Below are positions 38,301-51,501 of a stretch of 64,000 nucleotides of DNA, in pieces. The position numbers and the translations under genes are program-made. This DNA is from Camelus ferus (Eukaryota). Where the stretch lies: NCBI RefSeq assembly GCF_009834535.1, contig NC_045707.1:46440001-46504000 (forward strand). The letters are read 5' to 3'. The stretch's first letter is position 1; every line of letters starts with the position of its first letter. The notes beneath the pieces were generated by a model, which saw only the letters and a program-made list of their open reading frames with translations, had not been told where the DNA came from and made no database searches.

Positions 38301-39279
38301 TTCTTTGCTGATGCTGAGGTAGATAAAGTTATTCACTGACACCCACCCACTTGGCACCTACTGTGTACAGGGCATTGCAGATGATACAAAATAGAATCTG
38401 ACCCTGATCTTGCATGGGAAGTAGACACTGGCAGAACACCTGTGGGATATACACAATGAATTCTAATACCAGGCAGAAAATAGTAGGTATAGATGGAGTG
38501 CGTCAGAGGTTCAGAGATATTACCTCTAGCCTGGAGGAGGTTTTTTTTTTTCCACAAAAGGAAGGAAATCAAGGAAGCGTGCATGGAGGAAGGGGCATTT
38601 GAATCGAGTCTGGAAAGAAGCTGCATGTGCAACAACAGTACCTGGGAGGCCTCCAGACTGTGCAGGTACTTGGCTTCAACTCTAATTAGACTGATGTGCA
38701 GCAAGTTTCAATCTTCTACTCGGGCTACTAGGTCAGGAAGTCTAGATAAAGAATCCCACTTCCTTGGGTAGAAAGGAGGGCAGAAGGCTTGAAGAACCAT
38801 GCTTGCCTTTCCGAAACTACCACCTGCCATCTGAGGGAGAAGCCCTGTACTATTTATAGAAACAAAAGCTGACGAAGAGAATACTGTTTCAGGTTTCTAA
38901 TAGCCAGCACTTACTGAATACTTACCATGTGCTGGGCAAGCTTTTCTAACTCATTTATCCTCACAACTGCTCTCTGAAATGGGCACTATTATCAACGTCA
39001 TTTAACAGACCAAGAAACTGAGACACAGAGAGGTTCAGAAATGTGTCCAAGATCACAGAGCTGATGAGGGTCATAACTAGGATATATCCATACTCTTAAC
39101 TGCAGTGCCAAAGGGCCAGTCGAGGTGACAAACTTCTGAGCGCAGTCCCAATCTGCCTGAGGGTCTCAATAAATGCTCTCAGAGCAGAGACAATGGACTC
39201 AGGAGAGGAGGCATGATCGCCTTACCTTGGCTTGGCATGGAACCCCAGGGAACCCACTCAATCTGGAGCACCCTGTGGC

Positions 39280-39700
39280 TCAGGCCCCACCAAAAGGAAT
39301 TTTTATGAAGCTCGTGTTCCCCCAGAAGAAAGATGACCTTTCCTAGCCTCTGTTGCAGCTGGGTATGGCCATATGATTTGGTTCTGGTCAATGAGACTAA
39401 ACAGACGTGTTAGGTGGCAGCCTCTGGGAAACTTCCTTAAAAGACAGCTGGTAACCATCTGTCACCTTTTCTATAGCTCAGCATATGTCCTGTTGGCTGC
39501 AGTGTGGAAGGAGGTTGGCAGGGAGCAAAAACCTTAGGTCATGAGGTGACTTTAGGACAACAGGAGAGTAGCTGAGGTCTGTGAGGACGTCCCAGAGCAG
39601 AGGCGCCCATCAGTACTGGCCTGCCCATCCCAGGACTTCATGTGGGAGAGAGAGAAACTTCTCTGTTGCTTAGGCCACAGGTATCTTGGATCTCAAGGAA
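39280..39700. mobile_element. MaLR LTR (MLT1-like)
   Basis: ttcctagcctctgttgcagctgggtatggccatatgatttggttctggtcaatgag...ggacttcatgtgggagagagagaaacttctctg. Confidence 0.65.
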
Positions 39701-41401
39701 TAATGGATTCAGGAACACAGCCTATTACCGAGAAGCGTTCTTAGAAAGGCAAGTCTATTTAGAAGGAATAAGGACCAGACTGAAAGGACCTGGTCCCTTG
39801 AAGCAGGTCACAATCCAGCCCTTTTAGGTAGCTGGCTGTGCAGGTTGGTCACTGTGGTCCTTGCTCACATCTGTCCAGGGGACCACTGTCTGCCAGAGGC
39901 TGTGAATGCCCACATAGAGGGGTGATGGGTAACATTTTCAGTAATAATAATATATGTGTTTAATGACAATGGATTCAGTTAATCACCTCCCAACATCACC
40001 CATCATCAATAAATAACCGATCAAGAAGAATGATGAGGGGACAGTTTCTGCTTGGTAGACCTTACAGTTGACAAGAAAAACAGCTCAGACAAGAAAAGCT
40101 ATTATAAATAAATAATGAGCACCTACTCTGTGGCCTGACAGCTAGACATCTTACAGATATTATTTCCTGACCTCATAACAAAAGTACATGGTTACGGTTT
40201 ATAATCACTGTTTAACGATGAGGACACGGGTTGAGAGAGGTTGAGTGACCTGCCCAAGGTCACACAGCCAGTTTGTAAAGTGGCTGAGGCCAGAGTCACA
40301 CCCGAGACTCTCAGACTCCAAACCCCACCTCTTCTCTACTGAGCGACGTGGCGCCTGCACGTACAACCTCGCCAGGACCTTTACCCATCAGCCCTTCACA
40401 CAACCTGGAAGGCTTCAGCTATTGAGGTAGAAAAACTAAGGCTGCAGAGGGCAGGAAGGATGCATTAAAAGCAGGGGAGAGGCATTTTCCCACATCTGCC
40501 CCATCCTCGGGGGGATGATCCAGCCACCTCATTAACTCTTCAGCTGTACACCTGGCTAGTAGGGGCAGGGATGTTGCCACATACTTTTTGTGATACTTTC
40601 TAATATTTAGAAAGCAATTCTAAAAGGATTTATTACAAGCCAGCAACTTTATCATAAAAGGTCTTAGGCTAATCATTGCTTTCATTAAATAAAACCTATA
40701 AAATACATTCCTAATTTCATTTCAGAGCCAAATGAAGGTCAAAAGAAAGGCTGGCTTTTATCCTAAACTGAATGAGAGAAGAGAACCACTTCCAGAAGTT
40801 CAGGAGAAGCAGCAAGAGCCCGGAGTTAGAAGTTCAAGTGACAGAAAAGCTTCTGATCTGAGGTTACCTTCAAGCTGCTGTCAGCCCTGGGACATCCTGC
40901 CAGCCACCCGCTCCAGCACTGCTCTTTCCTGCCCGACCTCCCCTCCCTGCCCCCTTCTCCTTTCTCCACCAGAGACTACGAGCCCAAGGCTTCCTGGGTC
41001 AAGGTATTTGACCCCCTGACAGAATAATGAGGGAGGAAGGCCTTTTCCATTTTGAAGAAAAAAAATTAAGTTAATAGAACTTCCTCAAATTTGTTTCTCA
41101 CAAGTTTTTCTATACTTGCTAGCATTTACTAACAGTTGTTCATGCAAAAATCAAGTGAGAATCTGTCTGATTTAGCACAAAATGATTGATTTCACTACTT
41201 TAGGTTTAATGTGAGTATTTCAGAGTTTTCTGGTGGGTTTTTTTGGGGGTGGGGGGCAAAGCACCCAGGAGTTTCAGCTTTACGGACAGTGGTGAGGTGT
41301 TTCCATTGCTGTGACCCCAAAGAGAGAGGAACCAGGTCAAGGTTCTTGGTGTTAGTGGGAGGGCAGGATCTAGTTCCTTTCTGTTATGTCAAGCTCTAGA
41401 T

Positions 41402-41633
41402 TAAGGGCTGGCAAACTTGGTTTAACAGGCCCGACAGTAAACATTTGAGGATTTACTTGAGACTTTGAGGCCTGTACAGTCTCTGTCGCAACTACTCAAC
41501 CCTGCTGTTGTAGCAGGAAAACAGCCACAGACAACAGTGGTGAACAGCACGGCTGTGTTCCAATAAAACTTTATTTGTAACAATAGGCATCAGGGCTACA
41601 TTTGGCCCACAGCCTATTGATTGCTGATTCCTG
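41402..41633 (+). mobile_element. hAT-Charlie MITE (MER58A-like) with an 8-bp target-site duplication
   Basis: Terminal inverted repeat remnants (taagggctggcaaac ... ttgctgattcctg) and internal ggctgtgttccaataaaactttattt. Flanked by ctctagat (41394-41401) and ctctaaat (41634-41641). Confidence 0.8.
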
Positions 41634-43061
41634 CTCTAAATAACAGTAACTTCAAATAAAATGCCGACTTTGACTATGCCAGAAAAGACAAATCTAAAAA
41701 ACACCTTTGTCTCCACCATGATTTGCTATTGAAGTTGCCATTCTCTGAGAGGTACAAGTAGAAATAACAATCCTTAACGATGAAGTAATAGAGTGACATC
41801 TAAGCCATGAAAAAGAAAATTAAGTACTTTTGTATTTAGGTAACTAAATTATTTTCTAATCCCAAGATTATGGGTGTGAGAAGAAAAAGTATAAAGAGGA
41901 AAGTCATTCAAAGCACTCATTTAATGTTAATTTTTCATTTTCCACTGCCTGCCATCAAGTAGGATGACTTACCTAAAATGATTATAAAAAACGGTTTCGC
42001 TTCTTTGAGCAGAAAGCTCAGAACAGTAACTATGGAGTTAGTAATAGTTTCAGTATTATTGCAAGTCATAATGGAAATGATTTGCACTGTGGTAGAGAGA
42101 AAAAGGGGGGGGAACTCAAGAATTGTTAATTAACTTTACTGTTTCTCCACAAATGCTAAGAGTATTAAAAACAAGATTGCTGAAGTGCAAACATCAGGAT
42201 TTAATGAACAATGGGATGTAATTGAAGTAACAGAGAATGACTTAATCGGGACAGTGGGTTGTTTAATTATGGGGATAATGGATCTTCTGAAAGGACAAAC
42301 TAAATGGAACGGAAGGAGCTGGAGAGTGGTGGGGAGAGCTACCGTGTTGGAAGAAGCCTGTAGATAAGAAACTCTTGCTACAGATAGCTAGAGCTTGGTA
42401 ATAGGTGAAATATTTTATGAGATATGATTGTCCCCAACATGGTAACTACTGGGGGGAAAAGGCTGGTGTGGGCTGGCATAAATCTTCAATAAATCCTAGT
42501 AGAGGCATTAAGATTTCTGTAGGCGAGTATCTGTGCTTTTTCAAGAATTTCTAATAATCTTAAAGACTTTTTCATAGATATGAGAATGAAGGGCAGTAAT
42601 ATGTTTGTCCGAACACTGTTTCCCAGGGCGCCAAGATGCTATCTCTCAGATACAGCAGATTGGCAGGCTCATTTCCTGGGTTTAAGAGTTCAAAAAGCCA
42701 TTTCTCGTTTAACTTTGATTATAAGTCAACCTGCTCTTGCTAATTCAGCACATTTGCTATGAGTTATTGAGTTTTCTCATCTCCTCCCAAAAGTAAAGCA
42801 AATGTCCCTTCTCCCATGCGGTCCACTTTCCCAGAACTGAAATCCTCAACCTTCACTCACTCCCCTGAAGTTTCAGGTGATCTGGTCCAAAATCATTCTC
42901 TAGACCCAGCACACACCGAGGGAGGGCCTGAGATGCTCCAGCCACAAAAGCAAACGTGCCTAAAACTTTGCAAAGGAGGAAGAACCAGAGAGTAATAGGA
43001 CTTACTCCTTTTCTAAGAAGTCACCTCTGGATCCCTGGATGTTAGGGGAAGACTAGAATTC

Positions 43062-43089
43062 TGTGTGTGTGCGCGCGCGCGTGTGTGTA
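43062..43089. repeat. (TG)n(CG)n(TG)n alternating repeat
   Basis: tgtgtgtgtgcgcgcgcgcgtgtgtgta, read directly. Confidence 0.9.
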
Positions 43090-44679
43090 AACTGCCCCCT
43101 GATGCTGCCCTCGGGAGCATGAGAATGTTCTGGCAGTGTGCTTCCCTGAACACCAGCCTGCAATGCCTTGCTAGAGAAGGATGGTTTCTTCTGGTCCTAG
43201 AGGAAGTGACTTTACGGAGCTTTGCTTACATTTAAGAAAGGCAGAGGAATTTTCCTCCCAGGATGCAGTAAATAAAGAATTACTTCTTAGAGCCCATGTG
43301 TTCATGTAATTATTTCACGTATACGCTATTGGCAGGATGTCCTTATGTTCCAGAAAACATCCCACACCTCAGGGAGAACACAGCCTAATCTTAGAGGCGT
43401 GAAACCTGACTTTTAGGTTGTCATATGAGGTGCTGTTTTTGAGCATTTAGCCAAACAGGAGTTTGGGGGCCTATTCTGATTTAAGTGTGTGTGTCCCTGC
43501 CATGGCACCAGGCTCTGTGGTTTCGAGTTGTTCCTGTGGCTGCTCTTGATTTTTTTCTTTGACTTTTCTTTCCTTGAAAGAATTTACACACACAATCAAG
43601 TTTGTTCACAACGCCTTGGTTTTCAATTACATAGACCACCTCAGGCAAATTTAGAAAATCGAGACTTCAAACCACTGGGTTTACGTGCCTGGGTGAGGGG
43701 ATGACAAGAGAGGAAGGAAAATTTTAAATATGATGGTTAAGGCCGGGGGGACTTGCCTGAAAGGAAATGGAAAACCTTAATTTTTTTACATTGACCTTCT
43801 GCTAACATTTTGTCACACAAGCCAGACCAGATCAAGCGTCTCTGTAGTTCCTGGTACAACCATCTACCACCAAAGAGGTGTTGGAACTGGTCCAATTAGA
43901 GGCATTAAAAATCAATTTTAAAAGCAAGGCTCCTAGAAACAAGTGGCCCACCCCCTTTCCAGTCTCAACACTATCTACCAGCAAATCCGTATTCAAAAAG
44001 GAAAATTTATGTGGATTTCTAAAGCATAATTTTCCATCAACTTTTCCCCCAGGGGCTACAAACGAAAAAAGAATCCAAGAGTCTACACAAATTTCTTCAA
44101 CATCAAGAAACAGTCTGATGATGAGTTGAGTGTTAACAAATCAGAAACACATGGTCTTAATTGACTGTGAAATAAATAACGTTTCAAAATGAAAGAGGGG
44201 GAAAGTGTAAAGCATTAGAAAGGACTCAAACCTCAAAAGTTGCTCCAGGGATTGACATCTTCCCCACACCCACTACCATCTCCTCTCCTCTCCTTCCTGT
44301 GGGGGTTCATGTTTGCAAGAAAGTGAAATAATGCTGGATTCCCTGACCTATACGCACTTGCAAATGTTTCTCTTTGGGAACCTGTGGGGCTTCTAAAACG
44401 CTTCAAAGTAAAAGCATGAACATCTGCTTTAGGACTAAAGCCCCTGATTTGAAAGCAAATCGTGGATCAGTGAAAGGAGAGGCAAAAGACCCTGATACCA
44501 AGATACCTGTGGGGTTCCTCCCAAGGGATGCGCATTAGAATTGCCTGGAGTACTGAAAAACATCTAACCACGCCTGGGCTTTATCCGCAGAGATTCCAAT
44601 GTAGTCAGCCCCTTGGGAGGGCCCGGGGGTTAGTCCATCCGGGTCTGCATTTCTAACAAGCACCTGAGGTGCTTTACAT

Positions 44680-44905
44680 GGCACTCATGTGCCAGGCAAC
44701 GTTTTAAGTGCTTTCTAGAATATCGACCCTTAATCTTCAAATCACCTGCATGAGATAGGCAGGCACCATGATCATCATCCCCATTTTACAAATGAGGAGG
44801 CACAGAGAGATTTCTAAACTTGCCCAAAGTCACACAGCTAGCCAGTGGCCGAGGCAGGATTCAAACCTGCCTGGCTCCTGAGTCTACGCTTTAACCACTA
44901 TACCA
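44680..44905. mobile_element. MIR SINE, near full length
   Basis: catgtgccaggcaacgttttaagtgcttt...ccccattttacaaatgaggaggcacagaga...cttgcccaaagtcacacagcta...ggattcaaacc. Other MIR copies lie near 5700, 27600, 35500, 36150, 37500, 38950, 40200, 48650, 50100, 53080, 57080, 59720, 60560 and 61950. Confidence 0.8.
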
Positions 44906-44906
44906 A

Positions 44907-45085
44907 CAGTTCTCCACATGTGGTCCTGGACCAGCAGCAGCTGCAGAAAGTTCTTTAGAAATGCAAATTCTCAGGCCACACCCCAGACCTACTGAATTAG
45001 AAACTCTGGGGTGCTGCCTTGCAATGGGTGTTTAATAAGCTCTCTAGGGGATTCTGATCCACAGGAATGTTTAGGAACCACTGTA
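44907..45085. mobile_element. MER5A-like hAT-Charlie MITE
   Basis: gtggtcctggaccagcagcag...tagaaatgcaaattctcaggccacaccccagacctactgaattagaaactctgggg...ttaggaaccactg. Similar copies at ~44510-44680 and ~48090-48262. Confidence 0.8.
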
Positions 45086-46243
45086 TCCAACTCCCTCTCG
45101 GGTAGAGATGGGCACATGGACAGAAAACAGAACTGTTGGCTTTTTGCTCAGCCTCCCACCTTGTGGATGGCAGCTGAGCATAGTACCATCTTCTGTGGAA
45201 GGGTGAGCTACATCCGGCAGTGACCGAGAACTCAAAACAGCTGATCTAGGGACCATTCTCCCAACAGAGGATACAACCATAACACAGTCTACAGCAACGT
45301 GGTGACTTCTCCAATTAGGGGATGAATTCTTCCAGGATGACACTGCAGTCCTTGCCATCCAGCGCAAAGCCGCAGGAAACTCTGCTCCCTTACTGAGCAA
45401 CACCAAAACCCCACTGTAATTTTGTCCTCCTTCTCCTCTCATGAAATTGTGAAGAAGCCCAGAATCCCCATAAAGCTAAGGATCAAATCAAAACACAACA
45501 ATCTCTTTTCCAAGTCTCTATTAACAGAAAAGCACAGAAAATTCCTAAGTAATTTGGGAGCTACTTGCCACGTTTGGCTCTCTCTCCAAAGTTCCTGAAT
45601 GTGCAAAAAATTGGTCCCTTTTCCTTTATGAAGTGAAGTGGGTGTGTGGGTGGAGTGGGGATGGGTGAAAAGGATGTTCTTAAATGGAGAAACCCTCCAG
45701 CAGCCAGGCCATCATCTTCCTGTCGTGATTTACAGCGTTCCTCTAAAAATATCTATGAGATCACAGAACATGAAGTGCATGACACCAAACATTTGTAACT
45801 AATCCATGAAAATAAAGTAAGGGTGCCATGTTGCAGGGGGAACACAGTGGAATTTGTCTTGTGTTATCGTTTTAAAATAAGACGGCCTCAATTTGGTTGA
45901 AATGTATCTTCACACATTGTCTTCCAGAGCAGAGCCGTTTGAGAAATTCTGATTGCAATTATAAGTGCTGAATAGGGATTACTTTGCATTTCCTTTGACG
46001 CCGCTGAAAGCTATAAGCAATCCTGATATTAAAATCTTTGGAAATTGATGAGTACCCCAGGCATCATTACAATAGTTTCTCCCCCAATCTGAGTAATTAA
46101 AATCTATTATGTGAACACATGTTAATATTTTATCAACAACTGCTTTTAATTAACTAAACATATGAGGCCTCCCGCGGTAGGAATGATACCGGTTCATTTT
46201 AAGTGCCTCCCCCCACCCCCCACCAGCTTCACGGCAAACATAC

Positions 46244-46390
46244 CACGGTGCTGAATTCCGGAACCTGCCACAGCAGCCAGTCCTCATTAAGGGTGTACAG
46301 GGCTTTGCAAGTGATTACATCGACGGGACCCTTGTTTATTTTCTGGTTTAAAGTCGTCACCAGCAAATAGAACGGCTCTCCAACAGTCTC
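46244..46390 (-). CDS. PLXNC1: Plexin C1 exon 21
   Basis: tccaag|GAG...GTG|gtatgt, 147 nt. Encodes ETVGEPFYLLVTTLNQKINKGPVDVITCKALYTLNEDWLLWQVPEFSTV, with the plexin motif KGPVD. Confidence 0.96.
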
Positions 46391-49300
46391 CTTGGAAAAG
46401 ACGCAAAAATGACAGTTAGCTTTTGCCAGAATCCAGTGTACTTTCCAAAGAATTAAAGTTTCAGTTTATGGCACTATGACAGGAGACAGGAGGCAGTGTT
46501 TTCTAACAATCAACATGAAACTCCCAAGAAAATACATATTGCTGTACTTAGGATTGGGAGCAAAACTCCTCTCCTGAACACACATGTATGTTCTCACACA
46601 CAAGTCGATATTCATGAAGCGCATGAAGCAGCTGATGATTCTCTTATACTGAAGCTTCTGTCTGGTAGCCTAACGCTCGTCAGCAGGCTAAACCTACGAA
46701 CAGTTAGTGGAGGTTTATCCTTTGTTTATATTCCTATCTAATTGCTCCATCTTTTAAAAGCACGCTGAAAATAAATGGCATTTTTAAAAATGCACCACGA
46801 TTAGCCTTGGTATCCAGAATTAACTTAAGAATATTTTATACACTTACCAAGGGGAAAGCTTTTTGGTGTTAACAGCTTTTCGTGGAGGAAGTGGCCTTCA
46901 GTTACATGATTTGCAGCCTCCTCTCCTGCCCGTGCACAGGCCAGCCCTGGGGCCCCCCACCCCGACACAGCCTGCAGAGTCGCACCTGCACTGGGACAGG
47001 CCACAGATGTCCTTCACCTCCTCTTCCCGGGCCAGAGCCAAATGCACTGCTCTAAGGACCTTCCCAAACATGCAGCCCATCCTGATGGCTTCATTTCTCC
47101 AGACTCCTGCTACGTACACTTTTTCCCGGACCAGGGGTGGCCACCCCTGCTGTTACTGAAATGCCTCAAGTCTGTAACCACTTTGTGCTTGAATGGACTC
47201 CAGGCAGCCTAAGTGGGAGTCTTGTGTGTTCTGTTTCCACTGCAGCCTCCTGAGGAATGGAGCCCTGGGTCGACTATCGTGTAGTATTTACTAAGTAAAT
47301 AAACTCTCTATGATCAAATAGATATTAAACTGAATATATGGGGGAGGAAGAGCCAGGTCAGAACTAGGAAGTCAAACTGCCTCTGTGATGATGAGAAACC
47401 AGCCACGCAACTAAGGCTTGAAGCACCAGTTTTCAGTCAAGCTTTACAGCCAAGGCATCTGGCTTTGAAAGAATTCCACTACGCCTCTTACCTGCTTTCC
47501 CTTGAACAAGTAAACTAAGACATCTTTTAAGTCTCTTGGGGCCCCATCCCCCACCCCATACTAGTCTTGTACTGACAGCAAGAACACAGCCTCCCCAGTC
47601 CCGGGGCTTCCTCTCCTGCCACCCTACCCGCCCCTGGGCTCCCAGTACCACTTCTCTGTCCCCTGTTGATACATCCTGGAGTCTCTTCCTTACCGCAGGA
47701 CAGAGTTGAAACGTTGAAAAATTTCCCAGATGGGGAGAGCATTGGGATTAGAACACGACATTTAAATTCTTATGAGAAACTTCCTTTATTTAGTGGTTCA
47801 CAACCACACTGCTCTCTTCTCTTTCCCTCCACCCACTTACGTAATGTCCTGACCACAAACCTAGACCCTTCACTTCTCTCTTTCCCTCCAGCTCACATCA
47901 GGATGGGGGTGAGTGTCCTTGGGAGGGGGCTGGATGTGCCCACAGAGGTTGGTGCTAGGGGACCAGTGGGCTCTCCTGGGCTGCACGGAGCAATAGCTAC
48001 AGATTTGATGGCCATGTAGTCAGGAGTTCTCCAGAAGATGCAGCCAGACTCAGAGAAGTAACATCTTGTCTTATACTGCTATCCATACCCATGGTTTTAA
48101 CGCTGGATAATCATCACCAGAATTCCTTGGGGCTCTTACAAGAAATTCGGAGGTCTGGGCTCTACATTAGATATGGAATCTCTGGGGATGAGGCCTGAGC
48201 ATCTGTAGTTTTTAACTCCTCCCAAGGCGATTCTGATGCCTGGCTGGCTTAGGAAACCATGGGGCCATGAGGTTTCTTTGTCACCACTGAACACAAGTTT
48301 TAAATTAGTCACACCTGCTAGGGGCTTAGGCATCTTATCAGACCAGAGTACACACAGCAACCCAGGCAGAGCCCAACTTGAGGAACCAGCCCTGCCCTCC
48401 CCCTCCTGTGATGGGAATTAAGCTTGGCATCATCACCACCCTTTCCTTTCTGAGCCCAGACTCTCTTGCCATGGCTGAGCCAGAGGCTTTGGCAACTGTG
48501 ACCCCGTTCCATCCCCCAATTGTCCCCTAAGCCTGGAAGAAGGGACCTGCCTCGCTGGGGAAGCAGTAAGCGAGGTGGCTAAGAGCTCCCTCGTACTGTC
48601 CCACGCTAGTTGTGGGATCTGGAGAAAGTCACAGCTATTCTGTGTCCCCAACTCCCCAGTATGCAGAACGGTCATACAGGGACTTACCTCATGGGACTAA
48701 ATGAGAAAAAGGAAGCCAAGCTCTTAGCAGGATGGCTGGCACATTCAATAAGTGGCAGTTATTATTATTACTTTACCCAGAGGGCCTTGGAGGTGCGTAG
48801 GAGGAATTACCTGGAGGTCACAGAGCTTGCGGCACCAGTCAAATGCTTGTGGGGGGTAGGGCAGGAGGACTAGGGTCACTAGAGTCCCACACTCCTTGGG
48901 CACCTCGTGAGGGAAGTCAGGCCCTCTGCCCAGAGGGAATTAGCCCCTGAAAATGAAAGTCTCGCTGAAAATGGCTCAATGCCACTTCCTCCCAGGGGAG
49001 TGTGCTGTCCCCTCACCACCCAACGTGCTCAAACTACTATTGAATCAGCACTGCGAAATCGTGACCCAGAATCCTCTGCTCAAGGGGGCCGTTTGGGCTG
49101 GAAGCCCAGATTTTTGGAACACCTCACTCTTTTAATGCCCAAGAGCAGCTAGAGAAAGGCTCTGACCAGCCCTTGAGGGCTCAGAATAAGAATCACAAGA
49201 TCCCAGAAGAAAGAACTGCAAAAGAACTGGAAACCAATGACCACACCCCTCATTTGGCAGGTAGGAAACATGCCAAATGGAAAGTGCGTTACCCAGAGAC

Positions 49301-50909
49301 ATGCAGCCAGCTGGGGCTGAGACCATTTAAAGCCTGAACCTGCTGCTTCTAACCAAGATTTCTAGTCCACTGCACCTTCTACCCCAGGTTCTCAAAGGTA
49401 GGGTGATAGAATTACCCGTAGGACCTTGGAAAAACACGGACTACACGGCCCCACGCTGAGCCTCTGTCTGATTCACTGGGCTGGGGGTGGGGCACGTGCT
49501 TGCCTTTTGAGACTAAAACCCAGGAACTGAGTGACAGTCTTGCTGCCTCTGTTTACAGGCAGTGGCTGAAACTAGGATGGGGGAAGCAAAAAAAAATTCA
49601 CCCCAGAAATAACCGCTCAACATCTCCCTGAAGCACATGATGATTTATACCAAGTAAACAGAAAAGAAGGCAAATTTCATTAATCTTAATAAACGAGTAT
49701 TGCCTTGGGAGAGAAAGGATTGGTAAAAAAAAAAAATGTGCATTTACTTGTAAGATTACATTAAACATTAAACCAAGCACAGTCTATTTAAGGCGCTGCT
49801 TTTTGGATCTAAACTTAAGCAGCACTGTTAAAACCTGTGGCATAGCAGTGTGTCTTATTCAAAGTTTAATTAGATTTCAGAACTAGCTACAAATACACAA
49901 TTATGCAGTTTTGCTGGAATCTGGATGGCTGGTGAAATTAAAGAAGGATAAGAACCTCCTGCACCAGGGGCCTCAGAGGGCTGAATGAAGACTGAACACA
50001 CTTCTTTTTCTATTAATATTTTACAATCATAATGGGCAACATTTATGGAGTGCTTACTCAGTGCTAAGCAACTGCATACATTTCTCATCTGCGCTTCAGA
50101 ACAGCCCTAAAATACACTTCCAGTTCTACAGGTTATAAGCCCAAGTCTCTGGCAGGTTAAGAAACTTGCTTGGGACCTCTAGTAAGTGGTACAATCTAGG
50201 TTCAGACCAAGCCCCAGGCTCCAGGCCCCAGCCTCTAAACCAAAAGAACCGGTGCAAAGTTCACATTTGAAAAGATTTTAAGATTCAATTAGATCACAAC
50301 CATGTTCATAGAGTAACTCTAACAAAGTGAACTCAAGGTGGGGGCGGCTCTTTGGGGACTTGCTTTAATATGGAGTGACTGGCCAGAATTGAGTGTAATT
50401 AGCTTACACTGTACTGGTAGGTAAATGGCTATTTCTAAGATGCTTCAGAGGCCCTAAGAACAGTGTGTTCTCACCAGTATTCGAAACATGCCCTCCATTG
50501 AACACATGTTCATTAACCATGTGAAGGTGGACGCAAAAGCCAATGGACATAAAATTTCAGTTATGCAAGGTAAGTTCTAGAAAGCTACTGTACCATTGTG
50601 CCTATAAATAACACTGTTTTGTACACTTTTCTGTTCTCATGTTAATTGTTCTTACTACACTAAAAATTTTAAAACGATAAAAGTCTTACCTGCGGAAATT
50701 CTAAATTAATTACACTTGCATAGGCAAGTTACAGCAAAAACAAATTTTACGTTCCCCTCCCGGTGCTCCTGTTAAGGACCAAGACTGAAAGGGGTTAAGT
50801 GCTGACACCACAGAGGGCTCAAGACTTATCCTGGGAAAGACATCAGCATCCGCTAAAAATAACCACCTATTGTCTTACCTCTGACACCGCGGAGGGATGG
50901 GACACTTAC

Positions 50910-51108
50910 CCGCAGAAAACCAGAAAGGCAGACAGACATCCAGTTTGTGAGGAGTTTTTCAACCACGGACTCTGTGCGTCTTAGCATGAGTTTAGGCTGC
51001 ATGTTACTGCACTGCTCCATCAAGTCCCTGGTCAGCACCTCCAGGATGCTGGTCAGGTAGACCAGCTTGGTTTGCAGGGCAATGGTTAAGAAGGAGGCAA
51101 ACAGACAC
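50910..51108 (-). CDS. PLXNC1: Plexin C1 exon 20 (GAP domain, LRR motif)
   Basis: aaacag|G TGT...CGG|gtaagt, 199 nt. Encodes (R)[66 protein letters not shown]. Confidence 0.96.
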
Positions 51109-51133
51109 CTGTTTAAAAATAGAGCTTTGGTTA

Positions 51134-51501
51134 CAACAGCCAAGACATGGAAGCAACCTTAGTGTCCATCAACAGATTAATGGGTAAAGAAGATGTGGTA
51201 TACATAGACAATGGGATACTACTCAGCCATAAAAAGGAGAAAATTTTGCCATTTACAACAACATAGACGGACCTTGGAGGGGATAATGCTAAGTGAAATA
51301 AGTCAGACAGAGAAAGACAAGTACTATATGACCTCACTTATATGTGGAATATGAGAAAAAGAGACTCAGACTCAGAAAAAGAGACTAGATTTGTGGTTAC
51401 CATGCTATACACCTTAAACCTACATAGTGCTGTATGTCAATTCTATATCAATAAAACTACAAGAAATAAAAGGATATACAGATGATAAAAAAGCACACTG
51501 A
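51134..51501 (+). mobile_element. 5'-truncated LINE-1 3' fragment with target-site duplication
   Basis: caacagccaagacatggaagcaacc...tactactcagccataaaaagga...atgctaagtgaaataagtcagacagagaaagacaa...tatatcaataaaac. Flanking repeats at 51115-51133 and 51502-51522. Confidence 0.85.
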
